From an uncultured Poribacteria bacterium (lineage in GTDB: Bacteria > Poribacteria > WGA-4E > WGA-3G), in the NCBI GenBank assembly GCA_958296135.2, contig CATQHZ020000001.1, positions 3,072,001-3,136,000 of the forward strand: a stretch of DNA of 64,000 nucleotides, given 5' to 3'. This document shows, piece after piece, positions 50,432-58,533 of the stretch. Each line of letters opens with the position of its first letter. The first letter of the stretch is position 1. Made by a program: the position numbers and the translations under genes. The notes under the pieces were generated by a model that did not search any database, was not told where the DNA came from, and saw only the letters and a list, made by a program, of their open reading frames with translations.

Positions 50432-51667
50432 ATGACATTGAAAACGCATTTAATGGCGTTGGACCCGAATAATAAGCAGGCGACGCTGCTTGCACGACAT
50501 TGTGGTTATGCCCGCGTTGCACGTAACCATGCGCTCTCAGATTTCAAGGCAGGACTCGCCGAAAACGAGTGGCGCAGTGGTTACACATTGAACGTTCGCT
50601 TCAACGCCGTGAAACACGAGACATATCCGTGGTGTAAGGAACTCGACCAACGCGCAGCGAAAAACGCTGTGATGCACATTGATGACGCAGTCAAACGGTG
50701 GCGGCGCGGTCAAAATCGATTCCCACGTTATCACACCCGAGCGAGTAGGACTTCCTACCAACCGCATGAACGTGTGAGAATTGACAGGAATCGCGTCAAA
50801 CTGCCGAAGATAGGCTGGGTTCGGATGCGTGAGAAGTTGCGATGGCGTGGCGAGATTCGGCGGTGTGTCGTCTCAAAACGTGCGGGCAGGTGGTTTCTAT
50901 CGGTTCTCGTGAAGGTGGTTTCCGACAGTGCGCCACGTGTGCGTTCTGAGGCAGCACCTATGCGTGTGGTTGGTGTTGATGTAGGTATCAAGACACTAGC
51001 CGTAACCTCCGATGGTGTTGAGTTTGAAAACCCGAAGGCATTGTATCGATACCTGCGGAAGTTGCGGCGTGCGCAGCGTCAGCTCTCTCGTTCGGTTTAC
51101 CGAAGCAGAAACTGGTATCGGAAGCAGTTCCGCGTGCAGAAGATTCACTATCGTATCTGCTGTCTGCGTGAGGATACACATCATAAGGCAAGCACGGCGA
51201 TTGTAAAGTCGGCTGACGTTCTCGGTATCGAGAGTCTTCGTGTGGCGGGCTTGTTGAAAAACCGCCGTCTTGCGAAGGCGTTGAGCGATGCGTCGTTAAG
51301 CGGTTTCCTGACGATGCTTCGGTATAAGGCGGAGGCGCGTGGCGTTGAGATTATCGAAGCACCGTCGAACTTCCCGTCATCGAAGACGTGCAGTGCTTGC
51401 GGGAATAAAAAGACGAAGTTGTCCCTCTCGGAGCGGACATATCACTGCGAGGCATGTGGCGTGGGTATCGACCGCGACTTGAATGCCGCGCATAACTTAA
51501 GAAACCTCGCCGCTAGCTTGACGGAGAGGCAAAACGGCTGCGGAGCGACTATAAGCCCTCATAGTAGGCACACCTCGTGTGTCTCGGAGGCACGCCGCAT
51601 TGAAACAGCAACTACGACAGATAAGAGGACAGGTCAGCTTAGGATAGATTTGTCCAGAGTATCATAA
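50432..51667 (+). CDS. tnpB: RNA-guided endonuclease TnpB
   Basis: RuvC GVDVG / IESL / DRDLNAA; CSAC..CEAC Zn finger. Confidence 0.93.
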   Translation: MTLKTHLMALDPNNKQATLLARHCGYARVARNHALSDFKAGLAENEWRSGYTLNVRFNAVKHETYPWCKELDQRAAKNAVMHIDDAVKRWRRGQNRFPRYHTRASRTSYQPHERVRIDRNRVKLPKIGWVRMREKLRWRGEIRRCVVSKRAGRWFLSVLVKVVSDSAPRVRSEAAPMRVVGVDVGIKTLAVTSDGVEFENPKALYRYLRKLRRAQRQLSRSVYRSRNWYRKQFRVQKIHYRICCLREDTHHKASTAIVKSADVLGIESLRVAGLLKNRRLAKALSDASLSGFLTMLRYKAEARGVEIIEAPSNFPSSKTCSACGNKKTKLSLSERTYHCEACGVGIDRDLNAAHNLRNLAASLTERQNGCGATISPHSRHTSCVSEARRIETATTTDKRTGQLRIDLSRVS

Positions 51668-51681
51668 GTTCTAGGGAGCGG
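51505..51681 (+). ncRNA. Putative omega/reRNA scaffold, copy 1 (5' boundary approximate)
   Basis: Overlaps the tnpB 3' end up to the right end; positional and partial similarity to copy 2. Confidence 0.55.
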
Positions 51682-51688
51682 GAAATTC

Positions 51689-52009
51689 ATGAGCAAGGCG
51701 GTTCTCGGCGGAAGCGATGGAAGAGCGCGGTGCAAGTGCGGGCGGCTCCGTTATCCGCGCTACCCAGTTTGTCCCAAGTGCTATTATGAAGGCGCGCAGA
51801 AACCGACTTCTCTCAACCCGAGAAAATTGTCGCGCGAGGAACTGCTGAAGATGCAGGTTCCTAAACGGATGCTGCTGCCCGACCGGCAGGAACGCATCCG
51901 GTTTTTAGAGCAGCGATATGGCCCGCAATTACGCGGGCAAGACATCCGTTTTATGAAGAATCCGCAGGTGTACGCGCTCTCCGAACAAGCCGGATATCGG
52001 CGGAGATAA
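51689..52009 (+). CDS. Small Cys-rich hypothetical protein
   Basis: CKC...CPKC; ATG would overlap the restored stop of the upstream nuclease gene. Confidence 0.6.
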   Translation: MSKAVLGGSDGRARCKCGRLRYPRYPVCPKCYYEGAQKPTSLNPRKLSREELLKMQVPKRMLLPDRQERIRFLEQRYGPQLRGQDIRFMKNPQVYALSEQAGYRRR

Positions 52010-52105
52010 ATTAGCGGCTCGCTTTCAAAGCGCGCCTGCCGAGTGTCAAAAAACGTTGTTTCTGGCACATACAAAATTTTGCCCAAAAAAAACTTGCAAG
52101 AAGAC

Positions 52106-52134
52106 TTGACAAATAATTGCATATTTGTTAAAAT
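52106..52134 (+). promoter_or_regulatory. Sigma70 promoter with operator-like inverted repeat
   Basis: TTGACA-17-TAAAAT; ACAAATA-ATTGCA-TATTTGT across the spacer. Confidence 0.75.
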
Positions 52135-52165
52135 AACCAACAAATTATTCAAGGAGGAATTCCTC

Positions 52166-53164
52166 ATGTATATTGCAAGATTAGCGTTGATTTGCATCAT
52201 CGCTTTTGCATTGTCAATGGGTGCTCAGGTGATGGCAACCGAATCGACGGATGCCACACCGGACGCGACCGTTGAAAAAGTGACGCTTAGCGTGACAGGC
52301 ATGACGTGAGGCGGCTGTGTTTCTGCAGTGCAGGGTGCACTCAAGAAAGTCGCCGGTGTCACGGAAGTCGTCAGTGTTTCGTCAGCCGACAATCAGGCTG
52401 TCGTGAAGGTAGAGAAGGGGAAAGTTGACACGGCGGCACTTGTCGCAGCCGTCGAAGCAGACCCGCGCTTCAAAGCCGAGGTTGTTATGCCTAAGCCCGC
52501 GGTTGAAGAAGTGACGCTGAAAGTGACAGGGATGACGTGAGGTGCGTGCACTGCTAAGGTGCAGGATGCACTTGGAAAAGTCGCCGGTGTCACGGAAGTC
52601 ATCAGCGTTTCTACAGACAGCAATACGGCTGTGGTGAAGGTTGAAAAAGACAAAGTCGCCGCTGCCGATTTGACAACCGCTATCAAAGCCGCAGGGTTTA
52701 CCGCGGAAGTGATGCCTATCGCCGAAGTGACGCTGAAAGTGACAGGGATGACGTGAGGTGCGTGCACTACTAAGGTGCAGGATGCACTTGGAAAAGTCGC
52801 CGGTGTCATGGAAGTCATCAGTGTCTCCACAGACAGTAACACGGCTGTGGTGAAGGTTGAAAAAGGCAAGGTCGCGGATGCTGATTTGACAACCGCTGTC
52901 AAAGCCGCAGGATTCACCGCGGAAGTTGTCAAGCCGGAAGTTGAAGAGGTGACGCTGAAAGTAACAGGGATGATGTGTGATGCATGTCCCGCCAAGGTAG
53001 AAGCCGCCCTCGGTAAGGTGGACGGTGTCGCCGAGGTTGTCAGCGTTTCGATGGCGGACAGCACGGCTGTGGTGAAGATCGAGAAGGGGAAAGTGACGAC
53101 AGCTGCCCTCATTGAGGCAGTTGCTGGCGCGCACCCGGGTTTCAAAGCGGAAGTCGCCAAATAG
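52166..53164 (+). CDS. Secreted four-HMA-domain multi-selenoprotein (332 aa; UGA at 52307, 52538, 52754)
   Basis: AAGGAGG RBS; signal peptide; GMT-U-GGC, GMT-U-GAC, GMT-U-GAC, GMMCDAC in one frame; SECIS-like hairpins after each UGA. Confidence 0.88.
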
Positions 53165-53173
53165 CGCGGCACG

Positions 53174-53200
53174 GAAGGATGGGCTTTGCCCGTCTTTTCT
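53174..53200 (+). terminator. Probable intrinsic terminator
   Basis: GAAGGATGGGC-TTT-GCCCGTCTTTTC hairpin with T-rich tail. Confidence 0.6.
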
Positions 53201-53282
53201 TAGTTTGCTGGTAGGCGCGCTTTCAAAGCGCGCCTACCGAAATTCTGGAAAGGAACGCGTTCAGATTCAAGCGGGTGCCTAC

Positions 53283-53585
53283 ATGACGTTCAAAGATATT
53301 CTTCCGCTCATGTTCCCGGTGAGAGCGGTTCATCCGCAGGTGCAAGCCTGGTCTGGCAACCTTGAGCGCGCTGTTTTTCATCTCAGGGACGAGGTTCCGC
53401 CGGAAGTAGAGTGGGTGTGGTTCTTCCATCACGAGGACAGCTGCATCTATAAATTTCAAAGCGTTCGCGGCATCCATCATCAATGGAAAATGGCCGAGGT
53501 CTGCGATGCTGGCACACTGCCGAAGTTCGTAAATCAGAAGGCTTTTGCGGAGATACCGGCGGTGTTTCCGCAAAATAAGCGGTAG
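53283..53585 (+). CDS. Hypothetical protein
   Basis: 100 aa from MTFKDIL; stop provided by a REP GTAG. Confidence 0.5.
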   Translation: MTFKDILPLMFPVRAVHPQVQAWSGNLERAVFHLRDEVPPEVEWVWFFHHEDSCIYKFQSVRGIHHQWKMAEVCDAGTLPKFVNQKAFAEIPAVFPQNKR

Positions 53586-53647
53586 GCGCGGTTTCTCAGC
53601 GTCAATCCCGTAGGCGCGGTTTGAAATCGCGCCTACGGGGTTTTCTG

Positions 53648-54505
53648 TCACTGCTGCGCGTAGAGCGGGTTTTCAAGCAGCGACTGTACCTCGTAAATTG
53701 AACCCTTCTTCTCCGAATAGGGTTCCGGCATCCGCACGGGTGCCGCAACCATGCGCGGCTGGTTCGTCGGTTCACCACGGATGATAAAGTCGTTGAAGCT
53801 ATCCCAATCCGGAATCCCTTTTAGCGGCCACGCATCCACAGCGCAATACTGGAACAGGAGTAAACGCCGCGGCTTATCGGAGGTATTCGGTGCCGAACCG
53901 TGCAACGCTCGGACATGGTGGATGGAAATCCCGCCGGCTTTCAGTTCAACCGGTACCGCTTCCTCCGGCGTGAAATCGGCCTCGGTCACCGCACCGATAA
54001 ACGCGCCGTTTTGGTGATGATTCAAGGTGGGCCCCTTGTGGGAACCGGGGAGTATCATCAGTGCCCCGTTCTCCACCGTCATGTCATCAATGACAACCCC
54101 GACAGCGAGCAGATCATCGTTCGTGTGCGGATAAAACGCCCAATCCTGATGCCATTCCACCGGACTGCCAAACGCCGGATACTTCATATTCAGTTTATGT
54201 CCGTTATACCGGAGCCCGGGCCCGATGAGCTGCTCAACGATGTCCAGAATCTTCGGGTGTCGCAAGGTTCCGTCGTAGACTGAGTGGTAGAGCCCCGGGT
54301 TTTTGATGCGGCGCACACGCGGGTTCGCGGGGGTGTGCCCCGGCTCCAGATCGAAGATGTCGGTATGTTCTGTAACTTCCCTGGATTTCTCGACAAATTC
54401 ATCGGTGACCCGGCGGAGTGCTACGACTTCATCGGCTGTCAGCACTGCTTCAACGCCGAGGTAGCCGTTTTCATTGTAAAAACCGAGTTGTTCTTGAGTG
54501 AGCAT
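53648..54505 (-). CDS. PhyH family dioxygenase
   Basis: EWHQD, LPGSHK, HGSAPN. Confidence 0.88.
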   Translation of the reverse strand: MLTQEQLGFYNENGYLGVEAVLTADEVVALRRVTDEFVEKSREVTEHTDIFDLEPGHTPANPRVRRIKNPGLYHSVYDGTLRHPKILDIVEQLIGPGLRYNGHKLNMKYPAFGSPVEWHQDWAFYPHTNDDLLAVGVVIDDMTVENGALMILPGSHKGPTLNHHQNGAFIGAVTEADFTPEEAVPVELKAGGISIHHVRALHGSAPNTSDKPRRLLLFQYCAVDAWPLKGIPDWDSFNDFIIRGEPTNQPRMVAAPVRMPEPYSEKKGSIYEVQSLLENPLYAQQ

Positions 54506-54673
54506 GGTATCGTTCCTCCTAGAGCTGATAAATCGTGACCGGCAGATCGCTCTTACAGATTAGGACTGACGCAGCAGAGCCCGGGAGGCGTGTTTTATAA
54601 GCGCGCCTACCGGACAGGAATTACGGAATTGCGTAAGTCCTGAGATGATATTTTTATTATACCTCAGTTCTGT

Positions 54674-55921
54674 TTAAAAATTCAACAGTTCCGCATAAAT
54701 TCCCTGCACCTTTTTGACATGCGTCCCAATGCCGAACGCTTCTTCCGCGCGCTTTCGGGCGGCACGCCCCATTTTTTCAGAGAGACGACGGTTCGTGGCA
54801 AGGTGGACAATGCTGTCCGCAATCGCCGCCATTTCGGAACGTAACCGAGTGTTTCCAATGCCGTCTGTCTCCTCAACGGATAACGGCATCACCCACCCCG
54901 TAACGCCATTGACAAGCATCTCTGCGGTGCTGCCGATAGGCGTGCCGATGACAGGCTTCCCGGTAGCCATCGCCTCGGCGATAACACTCCCCGCTGAAAG
55001 TGTGACGAGCAAGTCCAACTCTTGCATTGCCCGCGGCATATCGGCGCAGTGGCCCGTGAACATGAGCCGTTCGTTTAACTGGAGGACTGTCACGAGTTGG
55101 CGGACCTCGCGTTCATACGCGCGATGTTCAGGTGTATTCTCCAACGCCGCCCCGATGATGTGAAAGCGAACGTTTTCGCATTGCGCCGCAACCTGCGCCG
55201 CTATTTCAACGAACGTCTGTTGGCGTTTGAAGGGTTCAATTCTGCCGACTATCCCGACGATAAATGGGCGAATCTCTTGTAGGAGAGACCTCCTGGTCCC
55301 GATGCTTTCGCTTAGGGGCGCCCTCCCTGTCTCGATGCCCACCTCTCGCGAGGACATTTTGCCTGTCTCAATGTCTTCGCTTGGTGGACGAAAAACGGAC
55401 AAATCCACACAATTCAGGATAACCTCTATCCTTTCAGGAGGGATGCCGGCTTGGAGCAGCGGTTGCTTGCTCTGTTCGGAGATAGCGATGATGCAGTCCA
55501 TCCGATCAAAGTTGTATTTCCGCACCTGCGCTGGCGTAAGAAGATTTCGTACGTGCGAAACGACTGGTATGTTCAACTGCTTTTTGAGTTGCCACACATA
55601 AGGGTTCAGCCACGAATCGGAGGTATGCACCAATTGCGCGTTGTGCGCTTTCGCGAGGGCGGCAAGTTTTGCGGCTGCGCTGTGCCGCGCGATGCGCGAT
55701 TTTGCCTTGCGCCACGGCGGCAGCGCGAGAATTGTTGTCGGTGTGTTCGCACGCCTTAACTGCTCGGCGAAAACGCCATCGTCTGGGCAGACGACGAGCG
55801 GCTGATAGCGTTCCTTGTCTACGTTTGTGACGAGGTAATAGAGCTGCCTTTCGCCCCCGCCGATGCTGGAGCCGCAATGGCTGAGGTAAAGAATGGGGGT
55901 TGCAGGAAGTTTTTTTGGCAT
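54674..55921 (-). CDS. Glycosyltransferase family 4
   Basis: GGGERQ, GRIEPFKRQ, EAMATGKPVI. Confidence 0.88.
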   Translation of the reverse strand: MPKKLPATPILYLSHCGSSIGGGERQLYYLVTNVDKERYQPLVVCPDDGVFAEQLRRANTPTTILALPPWRKAKSRIARHSAAAKLAALAKAHNAQLVHTSDSWLNPYVWQLKKQLNIPVVSHVRNLLTPAQVRKYNFDRMDCIIAISEQSKQPLLQAGIPPERIEVILNCVDLSVFRPPSEDIETGKMSSREVGIETGRAPLSESIGTRRSLLQEIRPFIVGIVGRIEPFKRQQTFVEIAAQVAAQCENVRFHIIGAALENTPEHRAYEREVRQLVTVLQLNERLMFTGHCADMPRAMQELDLLVTLSAGSVIAEAMATGKPVIGTPIGSTAEMLVNGVTGWVMPLSVEETDGIGNTRLRSEMAAIADSIVHLATNRRLSEKMGRAARKRAEEAFGIGTHVKKVQGIYAELLNF

Positions 55922-56037
55922 TCTGGGAGTGGCGAGGGACAGGCCCTCGCGCTACGGTGAAAAGGGCTCGGTGCAGTGGCGATAACTCTATGAGATACTA
56001 GGATAACCTACCCTAATCTATCGATGTGCATTTTGAC

Positions 56038-56066
56038 TTGCATTCGGCTTGATTTTGTGGTATAAT
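56038..56066 (+). promoter_or_regulatory. Sigma70 promoter of tnpB copy 2
   Basis: TTGCAT-17-TATAAT with extended TG. Confidence 0.8.
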
Positions 56067-56073
56067 ATAGTTA

Positions 56074-56154
56074 CCGTTGGGGGCGAGACTGCTAGGCGCG
56101 GCTTCCCGCCGTGTCTCTCGCCCCACCTATCTAGCAGCAGGTGACAACCAACGG
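56074..56154 (+). ncRNA. Structured tnpB 5' leader RNA, copy 2
   Basis: Same fold as 50330-50416 with compensatory changes. Confidence 0.7.
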
Positions 56155-56167
56155 GAACGGTGACGCT

Positions 56168-57391
56168 ATGGCACTACGAGCCCAGAAGATAGCACTCCAT
56201 CCAACTGAGGAACAGGTCGAGGCATTTAACCTGCATGTGGCATTCGCACGCGCTGCATATAATGCCGCGCATTCTGATTGGAACGCCGACCGCCGTAACT
56301 CCCTCTACGATTTGAAGAAAATCTTCAACTCACGGAAGCGGCAGGTGTTCCCCGAATTCGCCGCGTGTTCTCAAAACGCAGGCAAGAATGCTATCCACGC
56401 TTTCGGTGATGCTATCGCCAGATACAAATCGGGACAGAATGGTGCGCCCAAACGGAAGACGCATAAATCCACACCTGCTTTTCAGATGGACAATGGCGTG
56501 GATACCGTCAAAATAACGGAGGACAGCAAACATGTCGTTCTCCCGACAATTGGACAGGTTAGGTTGCATGAACCCCCTCGATGGACAGGTGAAGTTCGCC
56601 GTGCTTTCGTCAAGCGAATCGCACATCGTTGGTATCTCAGCATCCTTGTCGACGTTAATGAACCGGAACCGCCCGACACGTCAGCACTGCCCCCTGCAGG
56701 TTGTGATGTCGGCATCTCTGCCCTCGCCACGATGGACGATGGCACTGTCTATGAAAATCCGCGTGCCTTGCGCGTCAATGAACGCAAACTACGCCGCGCC
56801 AATAAGGCACTCTCCCGCAAGACGTTCCTGAGCAAAAACTGGTGGCAGGCGAAGGAATGCCTCGCCCGCCTGCATGCCCGTATCGCCAATGTCCGAACCG
56901 ATGCGCATCATCAGGCAACACATCGCATCCTGCAAGGTATTTCGGCACTTGGCATCGAAAGCCTCACCGTGAAAGGTTTGATGAAAAATCGCAAGCTGAG
57001 CAAGGCACTCGCGGACGCAAGCCTCGGTGGTTTTCTCGTCAAACTTAAATACAAAGCGGTGCGCCGGGGTATCCGTATTGTGTCAGCAGATGAGTTCTGG
57101 CCGTCAACACAGCGATGCAGTTCTTGTGGATACATTAAGCGTGGTGAATTCAAGCTGTCCCTGAAGGACAGAGAATACCATTGCGGTGTGTGTGGTTTCA
57201 TAGAAGATAGAGACGTTAACGCAGCTATAAACCTTCGACAGCTCGCCTCCAGCACGGAGGAGAGTCTAAACGCCTGTGGAGAAGCCGTAACACCAACTGC
57301 GGTTGGCTGGCATCACAACCCGCGTGTGCGCGGAAGAAGCAGGAAACCGCTAACCTCTCAGAGACTCATAGACTTCGCACATGCTAGATAA
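56168..57391 (+). CDS. tnpB: RNA-guided endonuclease TnpB
   Basis: GCDVG / IESL / DRDVNAA; Zn finger; ATG 56168 aligns with the copy 1 start. Confidence 0.93.
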   Translation: MALRAQKIALHPTEEQVEAFNLHVAFARAAYNAAHSDWNADRRNSLYDLKKIFNSRKRQVFPEFAACSQNAGKNAIHAFGDAIARYKSGQNGAPKRKTHKSTPAFQMDNGVDTVKITEDSKHVVLPTIGQVRLHEPPRWTGEVRRAFVKRIAHRWYLSILVDVNEPEPPDTSALPPAGCDVGISALATMDDGTVYENPRALRVNERKLRRANKALSRKTFLSKNWWQAKECLARLHARIANVRTDAHHQATHRILQGISALGIESLTVKGLMKNRKLSKALADASLGGFLVKLKYKAVRRGIRIVSADEFWPSTQRCSSCGYIKRGEFKLSLKDREYHCGVCGFIEDRDVNAAINLRQLASSTEESLNACGEAVTPTAVGWHHNPRVRGRSRKPLTSQRLIDFAHAR

Positions 57392-57431
57392 GTCTATATT
57401 TGACGAGATGCTCATAGGTTATGTAGTGCGG
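57240..57431 (+). ncRNA. Putative omega/reRNA scaffold, copy 2 (5' boundary approximate)
   Basis: taaacgcctgtggaga...gaagcaggaa pattern typical of tnpB 3' ends. Confidence 0.6.
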
Positions 57432-57488
57432 TGAATTTCGTCAGGCGGATATAGAAACCCGCCATGACAAATCGGCGAAATGTTAGTA

Positions 57489-58478
57489 TTAAACCGGAAA
57501 AATCAGTTTTTGCTCTAAGAAAACTTGGCTGACCGAACGGTGGTGATGAATCCGCAGAATCGCCTCGGCGAGCAGTGGTGCGATGGAAAGCACCTTGATT
57601 TTCCCATTCAGTTCTTTCTCCGGCGGAATAGGAATCGTGTTGGTTGTGACGACTTCCCGGATCGCTGGATGTTTCAATCGCTCTAAGGCCGGTCCGACGA
57701 GGACAGCGTGCGCGATGCTAATGTATGCCGGATTTGCCCCTGCTTCCGCGAGTGCTTTTGCCTGCTGATAGATGCTTCCGCCCGTGGCAATCTCATCGTC
57801 GATAACGATAGGGGTTTTGCCTGCAACGTCCCCAACTAATTCGACGAATTCTACCTGTTGTCCATCAACACCGCCGCGCCGCTTGTGCATGATGGCTAGC
57901 GGCAGGCCGAGGATGCCGGCGTATTTCTCCGCCAGTTTCGCGCGTCCAGCGTCCGGGGCGACGACGACACCGTTTTCAACCACCTGTTTCTCTTTGAAAT
58001 AGTTGGCCAGGGTCGTGACGGCTGTCAGATGATCCAAGGGGATATCAAAGAACGCTTGGATCTGCGGGACGTGCAAATCGATGGCGATGACGCGACTTGC
58101 GCCTGCGGTTGTCAAGAGATTCGCGACCAGTTTCGCGCTAATCGGTTCGCGTCCTGTCGTCTTGTGGTCCTGCCGTGCGTATCCGAAATAGGGGATGATT
58201 GCGGTAATCTGCCGCGCCGAGGCCCGCTTCATTGCGTCAATCGTGATGAGCAGTTCCATCAAGGTTTCGTTAGCGGGTTCGCACGTTGGCTGGACGAGAT
58301 AGATATCTGTCCCGCGAATGCTTTCCTCAATCTGGACTCGAGTTTCGCTATTAGGAAAAGGTCCGATTGAAATTTTTCCGAGTTCAACACCTAGGGTTGC
58401 GGCGATTTCTTGTGCTAGTGCCGGGTTTGCGCGTCCGGCGAAGAGCCTGAAATCTCCGCGCACTTTCTGGTCAATCAT
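57489..58478 (-). CDS. prs: Ribose-phosphate pyrophosphokinase
   Basis: PYFGYARQD, DLHVPQIQ, APDAGR, IDDEIATGGS. Confidence 0.95.
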   Translation of the reverse strand: MIDQKVRGDFRLFAGRANPALAQEIAATLGVELGKISIGPFPNSETRVQIEESIRGTDIYLVQPTCEPANETLMELLITIDAMKRASARQITAIIPYFGYARQDHKTTGREPISAKLVANLLTTAGASRVIAIDLHVPQIQAFFDIPLDHLTAVTTLANYFKEKQVVENGVVVAPDAGRAKLAEKYAGILGLPLAIMHKRRGGVDGQQVEFVELVGDVAGKTPIVIDDEIATGGSIYQQAKALAEAGANPAYISIAHAVLVGPALERLKHPAIREVVTTNTIPIPPEKELNGKIKVLSIAPLLAEAILRIHHHRSVSQVFLEQKLIFPV

Positions 58479-58533
58479 TGCGAAGTCTCCTTTTTCTGTA
58501 GGTATCGCGCGTGATGAGAGATAGCCCCTCGCG

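Larger units (their letters stand above)
50134..51681 (+). mobile_element. Non-autonomous IS607-family element (tnpB only), copy 1
   Basis: Left end shared with copy 2 directly after AGGG; periodic AA(T/C)CTA motifs, inverted at the right end; right end GCGG; no transposase. Confidence 0.8.
55967..57431 (+). mobile_element. Non-autonomous IS607-family element (tnpB only), copy 2
   Basis: Same left end after AGGG; right end ...cataggttatgtagtgcGG. Confidence 0.8.

Noticed and set aside
52166-53164. Pseudogene, or four separate small HMA genes
   Set aside because: The stops are all TGA at the same motif Cys, in one frame, each with a hairpin. The fragments have no RBS and would split the metal motif.
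52382-53172. Long antisense ORFs (250 and 259 aa) and similar shadow ORFs elsewhere
   Set aside because: They mirror the codon bias of real genes on the opposite strand and show no motifs or RBS.
50432-57391. Cas12f/type V CRISPR effectors
   Set aside because: No array or cas1/cas2 is present; transposon ends flank both genes.
50134-57431. Composite transposon carrying the selenoprotein gene
   Set aside because: Each element has its own ends, and removing copy 1 alone restores a coupled operon, which indicates independent insertions.
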